From NCBI GenBank assembly GCA_963422205.2, contig CAXMWX010000001.1:512001-576000 (forward strand): a DNA stretch of 64,000 nucleotides. Reading direction: 5' to 3'. Shown one piece after another: positions 20,615 through 30,312 of this stretch (its first letter is position 1; the number at the start of each line of letters is the position of its first letter). A program made the position numbers and the translations under genes. Under the pieces are notes generated by a model. That model did not search any database. It had not been told where the DNA came from and saw nothing but the letters and a program-made list of their open reading frames with translations. This DNA is from Gammaproteobacteria bacterium. Lineage in GTDB: Bacteria; Pseudomonadota; Gammaproteobacteria; Eutrophobiales; Eutrophobiaceae.

Positions 20615-21081
20615 ACAATTTATGCACTAAAAATACAAAATAGTTACAGAAGTTGCCAATATACAACAGTTGAGGGCGGTCAACGGCGACCACGGGAAGC
20701 GGCGCAGCGCTAACGGGGCTTGCCGTGTCGGGCTTGTTGGCCGGGCTCGCCTGGCGACCTCCCTTACAACAAACTGTATCGCCACCGGCGTTACGTTCTC
20801 CCGGGGAACGGGCAGGAGGTGACCGACAACATGATAGCGCCTGACTGAACCGTGGTTGCACCCAACAGCGCCATGATGACCTGGGCACTGATGCGCCTGT
20901 CTGACGGCATGCTCTCCTCATGCCCAGAGTGACCCGGTCAGCAGCGATGAGCAATCATATGATACCAGGCACGTACTTGTTGGCCGTTATGAACAGGGGG
21001 ATGATTTTCTCTACAATATGCTTGCGTAGTTTGAGTTCTCATCGTTCAACTATGCAGGAAGCAGCCGCACGTTTGTCAAGG

Positions 21082-21327
21082 TCAACTGTCATTTTGAGCT
21101 TTCGCCAGTTGTACTTCCAGATGGTTATTACGCTGATCGATGATCCTGAGTATATGGTCATCGTCCGCATTCCCGGCAGCGATGTCCGCCAGGGCCAGCG
21201 CTTTACGCAGAACAGCGGCATTGCTGTTTACGCCGAACCCGGCCTGCAATTTCTCAAACATTGCAGCCGCCCCCGGGCCGACCACAAAGCCGATTTCCTG
21301 CTTTGCAGTTTCTGCCTCGCCTGCCAT
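21082..21327 (-). CDS. Small hypothetical protein, possibly a ribbon-helix-helix DNA-binding protein
   Basis: GGAG RBS; beta-alpha-alpha pattern (EIGFVV...AMFEKLQAGFGVNSNAAVLRKALAL). Confidence 0.5.
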   Translation of the reverse strand: MAGEAETAKQEIGFVVGPGAAAMFEKLQAGFGVNSNAAVLRKALALADIAAGNADDDHILRIIDQRNNHLEVQLAKAQNDS

Positions 21328-21481
21328 TGTCTTGATCTCCCAGGGCCAAGAACCTGGCGTATTAGTAAGTAGCGATGCTGATTACGGCAATATTTCACCG
21401 CTACTATCTGCGTCAAACTTCTCTGATTTTAAGGCCACGGGGATAAGGTGTTATTGGCAATTTATGGGCGATTGCCCGGCA

Positions 21482-22228
21482 CTACTGCGCCGTCCAGCCG
21501 CCATCCACCTTGAGGCTGTCACCGGTGATCATCTTTGATCGGGGCGAGGCCAGGAATAAGACGGCCTCGGCCACATCCTCTACCTGGCCGACTTTTCCCA
21601 ACGGGATCCGGCTTAACACAAACGTTTCAAATTCCGGGTTGTCAAACATCGGTCTGGTCATGGGCGTGTCGATAAACGTCGGTGCGATGGCGTTGACACG
21701 AATCCCGGCAGGGGCCAGCTCGACAGCCATCGCCCTGGTCAGGCCTTCGATGGCATGTTTGGTCATGCAATACACCGTGCGACCGGGCGAGCCGACATGT
21801 CCCATCTGGGATGACATATTGATGATAGTGCCCGGGCGCTGGTCTCTCAGCATGACCCTGGCCGCCGATTGTGCGGTGCGAAAAGCGGCCTCCACATTGA
21901 GCGTGATCATCGTTTGCAATCTCTCCGGTGTGACCTCAACAAATGGCTCCGGCTGGTTGGTGCCCGCATTGTTGACCAGGATATCGAGCTGCATCAGCGC
22001 TTCCAGCCGGTTGTAGAAGCTGGCTGTCCGTACATCCATCGGCCAGGTCTCAATGCGGTCGGGCGCATGCGCTTTGACTGCCGCCAATTCATCGCCGCTG
22101 CGGGCGACAGCGATAATGCAGGCCCCGGCATCCGCCAGATGCTCCACACAGGCCCGGCCGATACCTCGGCCTGCCCCTGTCACCAGCGCCACTTTACCCT
22201 CAAGGTCTGCTCTGTGTTTGTCTGTCAA
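21482..22228 (-). CDS. Short-chain dehydrogenase/reductase (HpsO-like context)
   Basis: TGAGRGIG, NNAG, YCMTK catalytic motif; divergent from the HpsN-like gene. Confidence 0.92.
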   Translation of the reverse strand: MTDKHRADLEGKVALVTGAGRGIGRACVEHLADAGACIIAVARSGDELAAVKAHAPDRIETWPMDVRTASFYNRLEALMQLDILVNNAGTNQPEPFVEVTPERLQTMITLNVEAAFRTAQSAARVMLRDQRPGTIINMSSQMGHVGSPGRTVYCMTKHAIEGLTRAMAVELAPAGIRVNAIAPTFIDTPMTRPMFDNPEFETFVLSRIPLGKVGQVEDVAEAVLFLASPRSKMITGDSLKVDGGWTAQ

Positions 22229-22263
22229 GTCGCCCCCGCCTGTCCGTCTGCTGCATGATCAAA

Positions 22264-22277
22264 TTGCATTCGAAGTA
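22264..22277 (+). promoter_or_regulatory. Putative LacI operator, site 2 (TTGCATTCGAAGTA)
   Basis: In the SDR/hpsN divergent gap; TTGCAT also resembles a -35 element. Confidence 0.78.
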
Positions 22278-22324
22278 TAATATCGCTTAGGATACATGGC
22301 TACACAAGCATGAGAGAAACAGGC

Positions 22325-23605
22325 ATGGCAATCTATCTGAAAAATGGCAAATCCGGCGTTGAGGTGGCGAGTCAGGATGCGGGCGTGAGAAAAACGGTTG
22401 AAGCGATTCTGGATGACATCAGCGGGCGGGGCGATGCGGCATTACATGAATACTCGGCCAGGTTTGATAACTGGTCGCCTGAGAGGTTTCGTTTGAGCGC
22501 CGAGGAGATCAGCGCCTGTTACGATGAGGTGCCGCAACAGGTCATAGCGGATATTGAGTTCGCACAAACGCAGATTCGCAATTTTGCCCAGCACCAGCGT
22601 GCGGCGCTGCAGGATGTGGAGGTAGAGACGCTGCCCGGTGTCATCCTGGGGCATAAGAATATTCCGGTGAACAGCGTCGGCTGTTATGTGCCGGGCGGCA
22701 GGTATCCGATGGTGGCATCGGCACACATGAGTGTGGTGACGGCCAAGGTCGCCGGCGTTAAGCGCATCATCGCCACCGCCCCGCCCAATCAGGGCAAGCC
22801 CCATCCGGCCATCGTGGTGGCCATGGATAAGGGGGGGGCGGATGAGATTTACTGTATTGGCGGGGTGCAGGCGGTTGGCGGCATGGCGTTGGGTACGGAA
22901 TCCATCGCGCCCGTGGATATGCTGGTGGGGCCGGGTAATGCGTATGTGGCGGAGGCCAAGCGCCAGCTTTTTGGTCGGGTCGGTATCGATCTCTTTGCCG
23001 GGCCGACAGAGACCCTGGTGATTGCTGATGAGATAGTGGATGCGGAGTTGTGTGCCGCCGATCTGCTTGGGCAGGCCGAACATGGACCGAATTCCCCGGC
23101 GATCCTGCTGACTGACTCAGAAAAGCTGGCCAGAGAGACCCTGGCCGAGATAGAGCGGCAACTACAGATATTGCCAACCGGTGATATTGCCGGGCAGGCC
23201 TGGGCAGATTATGGTCAGGTCATTGTCTGTGATACGTGCGAGGACATGCTTGCGGTGGCGAACGATATCGCTTCAGAGCATGTGCAGGTGATGACAAAAG
23301 ACCCGGACTATTTTCTTCAGAACATGACCAATTACGGTGCCTTGTTTCTGGGCGCCGAGACCAATGTTTCCTATGGCGATAAAGTCATCGGCACCAATCA
23401 TACGCTTCCCACCCGAAAGGCTGCTCGTTATACTGGCGGCTTGTGGGTGGGTAAATTTATCAAAACCTGCACCTACCAGAAGATAACAAAAGAGGCGGCC
23501 GTGGTGGTGGGCGAGTATTGTTCTCGTCTGTGCGAACTGGAGGGTTTTATGGGACACAAAGAGCAGGCGGATATACGCCTGCGCCGATTTGCCGGCCAGT
23601 ATTGA
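22325..23605 (+). CDS. hpsN: Histidinol-dehydrogenase paralogue, HpsN-like (sulfopropanediol 3-dehydrogenase family)
   Basis: [45 protein letters not shown]; GDKVIG instead of the HisD GDYxxG; no his operon nearby; adjacent LacI and SDR. Confidence 0.72.
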   Translation: MAIYLKNGKSGVEVASQDAGVRKTVEAILDDISGRGDAALHEYSARFDNWSPERFRLSAEEISACYDEVPQQVIADIEFAQTQIRNFAQHQRAALQDVEVETLPGVILGHKNIPVNSVGCYVPGGRYPMVASAHMSVVTAKVAGVKRIIATAPPNQGKPHPAIVVAMDKGGADEIYCIGGVQAVGGMALGTESIAPVDMLVGPGNAYVAEAKRQLFGRVGIDLFAGPTETLVIADEIVDAELCAADLLGQAEHGPNSPAILLTDSEKLARETLAEIERQLQILPTGDIAGQAWADYGQVIVCDTCEDMLAVANDIASEHVQVMTKDPDYFLQNMTNYGALFLGAETNVSYGDKVIGTNHTLPTRKAARYTGGLWVGKFIKTCTYQKITKEAAVVVGEYCSRLCELEGFMGHKEQADIRLRRFAGQY

Positions 23606-23607
23606 CA

Positions 23608-24642
23608 TTGGCAGAGGACAATCAATGCGCCGCCGGTAGGAAAACTCAGAAAGTGACATCCTATGATGTGGCTGACTACGCTGGTGTGTCACAATCCGCC
23701 GTATCGCGTTGCTTTAAGCCGGGCGCCAGTGTCTCTAAAAAAATGCGCGCCCGCGTGATGAAGGCGGCGAATGAGTTGGGCTATCAGCCCAACGCGATTG
23801 CCAGAAGCCTGATTACCCGTCGCTCCAATCTGGTCGGTGTCATCCTGTCCGATTTTACCAACCTGCATTACCCGGAAGTGTTGTATGAGCTAAACCAGGG
23901 CTTTTCCAATCATGGCGTCCACGTGCTGTTGTTTACCCTGCATCGGGAGCGTGATATTGACGAGATCATCGGGCAGGTGTTTCAGTATCAAGTGGATGGT
24001 GTCGTGGTTGCCACAACATTATCGCCTGAGCAGATTGACAGATTCGAAAAAAGAAACCTGCCGCTGGTGTTCTTTAATCGCACGATACAGGACCGCATGG
24101 TGAACACGGTGTGCTGTGATCAGGAAGCGGGCGAGAGAATACTGGTCAATGCGCTGGCGAATGCCGGGCATAAATCATTTGGCCTGATAAGCGGCCCGGA
24201 AGATTCTCTGGTCGGGGTGCAGCGCGCTGCCGGGGCCAGTAGCTGCCTGGCGGCGCTGGGGTTTCATGGGGTGCCCACAGTGCCGGGCGATTATACCTAT
24301 GAGAGCGGGCAGGACGGCACCCGGGCCCTGATGCAGCAGCTTGATGGCCGGCCGGATGCGATCATTTGTGCCAATGATGTGATGGCGATAGGCTGCATAG
24401 ATACATTACGCGGAGAATTTTCATTGCGGATCCCGAATGATGTATCGGTGGTCGGTTTTGATGGCATCGCACCGGCGATATGGTCGGGCTATAATCTGAC
24501 CACCATTCGCCAGCCGGTGGCGCACATGTCGGAGGCGGCTGTTGATATGGTACTGGGGCGGGTGGATGATCCGGACAAGGCGCCGGAGATGCGCGTGTTC
24601 TCAGGCGAGATGCTGCCGGGTGGATCAGCACGCTCAGCGTGA
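23608..24642 (+). CDS. LacI-family transcriptional regulator (HpsR-like)
   Basis: HTH VTSYDVADYAGVSQSAVSR, LGYQPNAIARSL, VSVVGFDG, LTTIRQP; TTG start proposed just after the hpsN stop. Confidence 0.93.
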   Translation: MAEDNQCAAGRKTQKVTSYDVADYAGVSQSAVSRCFKPGASVSKKMRARVMKAANELGYQPNAIARSLITRRSNLVGVILSDFTNLHYPEVLYELNQGFSNHGVHVLLFTLHRERDIDEIIGQVFQYQVDGVVVATTLSPEQIDRFEKRNLPLVFFNRTIQDRMVNTVCCDQEAGERILVNALANAGHKSFGLISGPEDSLVGVQRAAGASSCLAALGFHGVPTVPGDYTYESGQDGTRALMQQLDGRPDAIICANDVMAIGCIDTLRGEFSLRIPNDVSVVGFDGIAPAIWSGYNLTTIRQPVAHMSEAAVDMVLGRVDDPDKAPEMRVFSGEMLPGGSARSA

Positions 24643-24687
24643 ACCGAAAAAGCGGCGTTACGTTGTTTCGAATACGGCCAGAGAACC

Positions 24688-25398
24688 GTGCCAGCCAGGC
24701 CACATCTGATTCTTATCCCCGGCATGATGTGTGATGCCCGTCTGTGGGCGCCTCAGCGTGACTGCCTGCAAGCCTGTTGCAGCTCAGTGACTGTGGCCGA
24801 CACCACACGGCATGATTCTATTGCCGCGATTGCCCGACACATTCTGGCAGAGGCACCGGACAGATTCGCCGTTGCCGGTTTGTCCATGGGAGGGTTTGTC
24901 GTGTTTGAATTATGGCGGCAGGCGGCGGCGCGGATTACGCATCTTGCGCTGCTAGATACCAACGATCATGCCGACATGACCGAGCGTGCAGAGCAACGCC
25001 AGCAACTGCTGGCCCAGGCCATCGCTGGCGGGCTTCAGGCGGTTGTTGCCGAGGCGCTGAAGCCGGTTTATCTGGCCGCCGGTCATCAGCATGAAAAAGC
25101 GGTTTTGCATACCATCATGGATATGGCCTTGAGCCTGGGGGTGGAGGTCTTCGAGAGGCAGTGTAAAGCGATAAGAAACCGTCGGGAAAGCCGCTCTTTG
25201 CTGGCAGAGATTACCGTGCCAGCGCTGGTGTTGTGTGGCGTGGAAGATAAGCTGTGTCCGCCTGATGTTCATAAGGCAATGGCCGCACATATCGCCAACA
25301 GCCAGCTGGTGCTGGTAGAGCGCTGTGGTCATTTGTCGAGCCTGGAACAGCCAGAAATCGTCAATGCCGCCATGCAGGCGTGGCTGAACTTGGCTTAA
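24688..25398 (+). CDS. Alpha/beta hydrolase
   Basis: GLSMGG nucleophile elbow, D (EDKL) and H (CGHLS) triad. Confidence 0.9.
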   Translation: MPARPHLILIPGMMCDARLWAPQRDCLQACCSSVTVADTTRHDSIAAIARHILAEAPDRFAVAGLSMGGFVVFELWRQAAARITHLALLDTNDHADMTERAEQRQQLLAQAIAGGLQAVVAEALKPVYLAAGHQHEKAVLHTIMDMALSLGVEVFERQCKAIRNRRESRSLLAEITVPALVLCGVEDKLCPPDVHKAMAAHIANSQLVLVERCGHLSSLEQPEIVNAAMQAWLNLA

Positions 25399-25415
25399 CC
25401 CGTAAGGAGCACGCA

Positions 25416-26567
25416 ATGATAACAAGCAACGATCGCATACTGACGACCCATGTGGGCAGCCTGCCACGTTCAAAGGCCGTCACAGATGGCGTGTTTGCGA
25501 AAGAAAATGGCACCTTATCCGATGAGGACGATCTGGAACAAACCATAGCAGCGGCTGTGACAGAGGTTGTGGTGCGTCAGGTGAATGCGGGCATAGACAT
25601 CGTCAGCGATGGTGAGATGAGCAAGATAAGCTATGCCACCTACATTAAGGATCGCTTGAGCGGTTTTGCTGGCGATAGCCCGCGTATACCCCCGCAGGAC
25701 CTGGAGGACTATCCCGGCTTTCTGCAACGCCAGGCGAGGTCCGGAGGCACACCGACCTACAAGCGACCGGTCTGTGTGGCCGAGATAAAACCTAAAGATA
25801 CAGAGCCGCTGGATAAGGATCTGGCCAACCTCACCCGTGTGACTCAGCAGGCAAGGCCAGTGCAGGCGTTTATGAATGCCGCCTCGCCCGGTGTTATCGC
25901 CTTATTCCAGCCTAACCGGTATTACCCGGATCATAGAAGTTACCTTGAAGCCCTGGCCGAGGCCATGCAGCATGAATATGAAGCCATAGTCAATGCGGGT
26001 TTTCTGTTGCAGTTGGACAGCCCTGATTTGGGGCTGGGCCGACACATGATGTTTAAAGATAAATCCGATCAGGCGTATAGTGATCTGGCCAATCTGCATG
26101 TGGATATGTTAAACCATGCCGTGCGTAATATCCCGGCTGAAAAAATGCGTCTGCATGTGTGCTGGGGGAATTATGAAGGCCCGCATCATTGTGATGTTCC
26201 GATGGCCACGGTGTTGCCGATTGCCCTGCGTGCAAAGCCAGCCGCCCTGTTATTTGAATCGGCCAATCCTCGACATGCCCATGAATGGGAGGTGTTTGCA
26301 CAAACGGCGATAGCGGATGAGAAGATTCTTGTGCCGGGCGTGATCGATTCCACGACCAATTTTATTGAACATCCGAGGCTGGTTGCACAACGGATTTGTC
26401 GGTTCGCTGATATCGTCGGTCGTGAACGTGTCATCGCTGGCACGGATTGTGGCTTTTCCACCTTTGCCGGTTTTGGTGCCGTTGATGAGGCGATTGTGTA
26501 TGCCAAGCTGGCGAGTCTGGTTGAAGGTGCCAGGCTGGCCAGTGAACACTTATGGAACATACGTTGA
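25416..26567 (+). CDS. Cobalamin-independent methionine synthase II family Zn enzyme (single barrel)
   Basis: TTHVGSLPR, SDGE, LHVCWGN (HxC), TDCGF; AAGGAG RBS before 25416. Confidence 0.9.
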   Translation: MITSNDRILTTHVGSLPRSKAVTDGVFAKENGTLSDEDDLEQTIAAAVTEVVVRQVNAGIDIVSDGEMSKISYATYIKDRLSGFAGDSPRIPPQDLEDYPGFLQRQARSGGTPTYKRPVCVAEIKPKDTEPLDKDLANLTRVTQQARPVQAFMNAASPGVIALFQPNRYYPDHRSYLEALAEAMQHEYEAIVNAGFLLQLDSPDLGLGRHMMFKDKSDQAYSDLANLHVDMLNHAVRNIPAEKMRLHVCWGNYEGPHHCDVPMATVLPIALRAKPAALLFESANPRHAHEWEVFAQTAIADEKILVPGVIDSTTNFIEHPRLVAQRICRFADIVGRERVIAGTDCGFSTFAGFGAVDEAIVYAKLASLVEGARLASEHLWNIR

Positions 26568-27334
26568 TGTTGGCATCACTCGCCGCCACATTCCGCCAGC
26601 GCCTGCTGGCAAAAGAGGTACTGGTCGGTACCTTTGTTAAAACGCCATCACCGATCATCACCGAAGTCCTGGCGTTGACGGCGCTCGATGCCGTCTGTCT
26701 GGATGCAGAGCATGCCCCGTTTGGTCGGGTGGAGTTAGATGCCTGTATCCAGACCTTGCGTGCGGCCGGGATGCCGGCCTTGGTGCGGGTAGCGGCGAAT
26801 GCGCCGGAGTACATCATGCAGGCCCTCGATTGTGGTGCAACCGGTATCATCGTACCGCATATCACCACCGCCGAACAGGCCGAGGCAGTGGCGAGGGCGG
26901 CGCACTTTGGCGAGGGCGGCCGAGGATATGCCGGTTCCACCCGTGCGGCTGGTTATACCCAAAAGCCGCTGCGGGATCATGTTAAGGACAGCGCACAACA
27001 GACTGCCGTCATCGTGCAGATTGAAGATCCGAGCGCTGTTACTGCCATTGAAGAGATCTGCACGGTGACCGGGGTGGATTGTCTGTTCATCGGGCGTATC
27101 GATCTGACAGTCGCCTTGCAGGCACACTCACCGAATGATGAGGTGGTGATTGCTGCCGTTGAGGCAATCTGTACAGCGGCCACAGCGGCAAACAAAACGA
27201 TAGGCATGTTTGTCTCTGATCCGAATGAAGCACAGTTATGGCAAGCACAGGGGGCTTCGTTATTTTTGCTGGGTTCGGATCATGGCTTTATTCTCAGCGG
27301 TGCAAACAATCTGCACCGGCTGATCGCCGGATGA
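26552..27334 (+). CDS. HpcH/HpaI class II aldolase
   Basis: LDAEHAP, ALDCGATGIIVPH, VQIED, FIGRIDL. Confidence 0.9.
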   Translation: MEHTLMLASLAATFRQRLLAKEVLVGTFVKTPSPIITEVLALTALDAVCLDAEHAPFGRVELDACIQTLRAAGMPALVRVAANAPEYIMQALDCGATGIIVPHITTAEQAEAVARAAHFGEGGRGYAGSTRAAGYTQKPLRDHVKDSAQQTAVIVQIEDPSAVTAIEEICTVTGVDCLFIGRIDLTVALQAHSPNDEVVIAAVEAICTAATAANKTIGMFVSDPNEAQLWQAQGASLFLLGSDHGFILSGANNLHRLIAG

Positions 27335-27365
27335 ATCGGGCAACCGGCTGCCGGTTATGACAACA

Positions 27366-28277
27366 TCATAAGTTCAACGCATAAAACTGATTCGCTGTGC
27401 CGAAGAACAGGGCCTGTTGTTCATCTGCACTGAATGCACGGCTGATGTCAAGGTAAGCCTGCCAGAGCGTCTGATAATCCCGATGCAGCTTGTCAACCGG
27501 GAAGTTTGATCCAAACATGCAGCGTTCTGGTGTAAAGATATCGATCACGCTTTCAATAACAGGCCGTATGCTGTTGGTTGTCCAGTGATGATCGAACATA
27601 CCAAAACCTGAGAGCTTGCAGAAGATGTTGGGTAATTGTGCCAGCCTCGCCAGCTCGGTGCGCCAGAAATCCAGCGCCTGCCTGCTTTGATCAAACGGCG
27701 AGCCACAATGACAAAGGGCAATTTTCGTATCGGCCACGGAGCGCAGGACATCATAGGTCGGGGAGATGTATTCCGGGATGAGTTGCAGATCAAATGACAG
27801 GCCGTGCTGTGCCAGTTTACCCAGATTGTCTGCCCAGGCGGTGCTGGTCAGTAAGCCATAGCTGTTGGTTAAGCGATCCTCGGCGGGTGCTCGTCCGATG
27901 ATCTGCCGGATCCCTCGAAGGTTGGTAAATACTTTTTGCTGTTCCAGCTGTGCTATCGCATCGGCTGTCGACAGATCACAAAAGGCGACTATCGCATGCG
28001 GAAACCCCCTGCCAGTTGCCGATTCGGCCACAGATTGCAACCAGCACGTCTCCGCCACTGCCTGATCTTCCTGCGTGCCTGCTTGTATGTGTACCGAGCC
28101 AGCAATGGGCAGGTCTGCCATATCGGCAAAGAAATCTTTAATGAGGTAATTTTTTTGTATCGGTGTGGGGTCGCCGAAGAATCGCCTTACACCTTTGGCC
28201 ATCAGCCAGGGATAATGACAGGCTTGCAGATCCCAGAGATGATGATGGGCATCGATGATCTTCGTGATGGTATGCAC
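27366..28277 (-). CDS. Amidohydrolase_2 (lactonase-like)
   Basis: IDAHHHLWD, GIRQ, CHCGSP, KLSG, FGSNFPVD. Confidence 0.88.
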   Translation of the reverse strand: MHTITKIIDAHHHLWDLQACHYPWLMAKGVRRFFGDPTPIQKNYLIKDFFADMADLPIAGSVHIQAGTQEDQAVAETCWLQSVAESATGRGFPHAIVAFCDLSTADAIAQLEQQKVFTNLRGIRQIIGRAPAEDRLTNSYGLLTSTAWADNLGKLAQHGLSFDLQLIPEYISPTYDVLRSVADTKIALCHCGSPFDQSRQALDFWRTELARLAQLPNIFCKLSGFGMFDHHWTTNSIRPVIESVIDIFTPERCMFGSNFPVDKLHRDYQTLWQAYLDISRAFSADEQQALFFGTANQFYALNL

Positions 28278-28289
28278 GATGCCGGGGTA

Positions 28290-29285
28290 TCACGGCGTGT
28301 AGATCTGTCTTAACACGGCCAGCTCATCGAATACCGTCCACTCTTCTGTAACACTGCCCTGATACAGACGCCAGTGTGTGCCGACAAGGAACATGAGCCG
28401 CCTGCCAGAGGCCGCACCGTAGATGCCTGCCTGATCATGTTTGCCTGTCAACACCCAGCGTATGGCAACCTCTGTGGTATCATCATCGATACCAACCGAG
28501 CAGATATGATCAACGCTCGCCTGTGTGCCTGACAAGGTGGCATGCAGTTCACTTATCCCCGCCTTGATCGGTGCATGTCCTGTCATTTCCCGACCAGCCG
28601 GCCCGTGCAGGCAGGCATCGGGTGTGTACACCTTCTCAACTGTATCAATATCCCGTCTGTGCCATAGACTGGCAAAGACCTGCCGGATAAATGTGTTGAG
28701 ATCAGTTTTTGCATCGGCCAGGCTGGCGGTTGTCGGTAAGGGCGGCTGGCTGGCTACCCGCTCGATCTCACGTGCCAGCCAGTCATGCACTGCCTGTTCA
28801 TGCTGGTTTTCCATGGCCAGCCGATGTGCAACGGCGTGCGGGTCAAGCCCCAGTTGCTGCACCAGCCCCATGTTGTCGCGCATCAGCCATTCTTCATGGA
28901 TGTGATTCTCCCTCGCCGCACAGTCAGCGATGGTACGCACCGTGGCCTGTCTGCCGGTTGGCGGGCCGAACTCGCTGTGTCCCAGGTTAGTCATGGCCGG
29001 GCTGATGATGCGATGCGAAGAGTAATGGCCGGCGGTATCATCACCCGTACAGATCACGGCCTCGGTATCGAGTCGTCTGTCTGGAAATGCCGCCAGGGTT
29101 TTGATGGTGTTGTTAATGACGGCCTCGCTGCCATAGACCGGGCCGCCCAGGGTATGTATGACGGCATCTTCTGCATAGTAGCGTGCGATGGCGCCGATAT
29201 TTCTCTCCTTCCATATCCGATCGGTAATGCGCTTTATATAATCCGCATAATCCGTAAACTCTGCATCAAAACCTTTCATAGCCAC
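28290..29285 (-). CDS. Double SnoaL/ester-cyclase protein #2 (divergent type)
   Basis: ITDRIWKER, TLAAFPDR, SSHRI, EEWLMRDN, EEWTVFDELA. Confidence 0.85.
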   Translation of the reverse strand: MAMKGFDAEFTDYADYIKRITDRIWKERNIGAIARYYAEDAVIHTLGGPVYGSEAVINNTIKTLAAFPDRRLDTEAVICTGDDTAGHYSSHRIISPAMTNLGHSEFGPPTGRQATVRTIADCAARENHIHEEWLMRDNMGLVQQLGLDPHAVAHRLAMENQHEQAVHDWLAREIERVASQPPLPTTASLADAKTDLNTFIRQVFASLWHRRDIDTVEKVYTPDACLHGPAGREMTGHAPIKAGISELHATLSGTQASVDHICSVGIDDDTTEVAIRWVLTGKHDQAGIYGAASGRRLMFLVGTHWRLYQGSVTEEWTVFDELAVLRQIYTP

Positions 29286-29303
29286 TCTTCTCCCACTGAC
29301 AGA

Positions 29304-30278
29304 TTATCTGCCGGCATAGCCGTTGTGCATGTGTTGAAAGACATCGTGCCCCATTTGTTTTAACAGGTGAATCAGATCGATACTGACCCAGTTCTCCTGC
29401 AGCAACTCGCCCTCACGCCGCCAGAAGTCCATGACCCGCATGGTCACTTGCCGGTTAGAAGCAGGCCGGCCCAGCCAGCCATCACCGGTATGGGTGGCGG
29501 ACATGTGCGGCCAGCCGCCCGTTGCTGCATAATTGCCCTCGGCCACATAGTTCAGGTAGTTGTCCACGGTGCGGTCGGGAAAGCCTTGCAGGAAGGGGGC
29601 CTGATGCTGTTCACGAAAACCGCTTAAACCACGGGTGGTGCCGATCCCGGCCGGCCCGTACCACATAAAATCCGGGTGCCAGTAGTTTTCCTGATCCATG
29701 CTGAGTAATGATTTGCCATCATACTGCGCCAGCCCGGCGTGCATGGCCTTGACCAGCCGTAGGCTCTTGTCACTTTGCCCGGTGCTGGCATTGTCAGGGG
29801 TCAGCCCGTCCATGCTGGAAGGCGGCATGACCAGGCCATAATGACGATGCCCAGGCCGAAGCGGGTTGACATTCGCCTGATACATGGCATCGATAAAATC
29901 AGGAATAACATAACCGGCACTTATCCTGTTATTTTCAATCAGCAGCATCTCCGCATAGCGTAGATAAAGCACATCGCCTGTCGGTGTTATATCAAACAAC
30001 GGTTGCGTGAATGTGCCGATGAAATAACCGGTTGTATTCACCCAGTGCTGCCCGGCATATTCACCGGCAAGCATGATAAACGGCTTGTATTCAATGTCCG
30101 GCAAGGCCAGCTTCAACGGCTGCCAGTAGTGCGTCAGAAACTGCCGAGGCCCCTGCAACTCATTGACCGGATGGGCAGCACACCATGTCAGCTCATCACT
30201 GAGATGGCGTAATGCGGTAGCCGTATCATCCCCCGTGAGCGCTTGATAAAACGCCGTCACTACAGTTTTATTGTGCAT
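29304..30278 (-). CDS. Double SnoaL/ester-cyclase protein #3
   Basis: HPVNELQG, WQPL, WYGPAGIG, GFPDR, MRVMDFWRR, ENWVSID. Confidence 0.85.
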   Translation of the reverse strand: MHNKTVVTAFYQALTGDDTATALRHLSDELTWCAAHPVNELQGPRQFLTHYWQPLKLALPDIEYKPFIMLAGEYAGQHWVNTTGYFIGTFTQPLFDITPTGDVLYLRYAEMLLIENNRISAGYVIPDFIDAMYQANVNPLRPGHRHYGLVMPPSSMDGLTPDNASTGQSDKSLRLVKAMHAGLAQYDGKSLLSMDQENYWHPDFMWYGPAGIGTTRGLSGFREQHQAPFLQGFPDRTVDNYLNYVAEGNYAATGGWPHMSATHTGDGWLGRPASNRQVTMRVMDFWRREGELLQENWVSIDLIHLLKQMGHDVFQHMHNGYAGR

Positions 30279-30312
30279 ATTTTCCTGTCAGTCATGGTCA
30301 AAAGCAGCCGGG

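Noticed and set aside
20690-20900. Cobalamin riboswitch near the TonB receptor
   Set aside because: Only a GGGAAG fragment, on the wrong strand, without the other conserved elements.
22325-23605. Calling this gene biosynthetic hisD
   Set aside because: No his operon context, GDKVIG motif, and LacI/SDR neighbours point to the HpsN-like clade.
23518-23607. N-terminal extension of the LacI ORF
   Set aside because: Overlaps the hpsN 3' end; a start at 23608 just before the HTH is more plausible.
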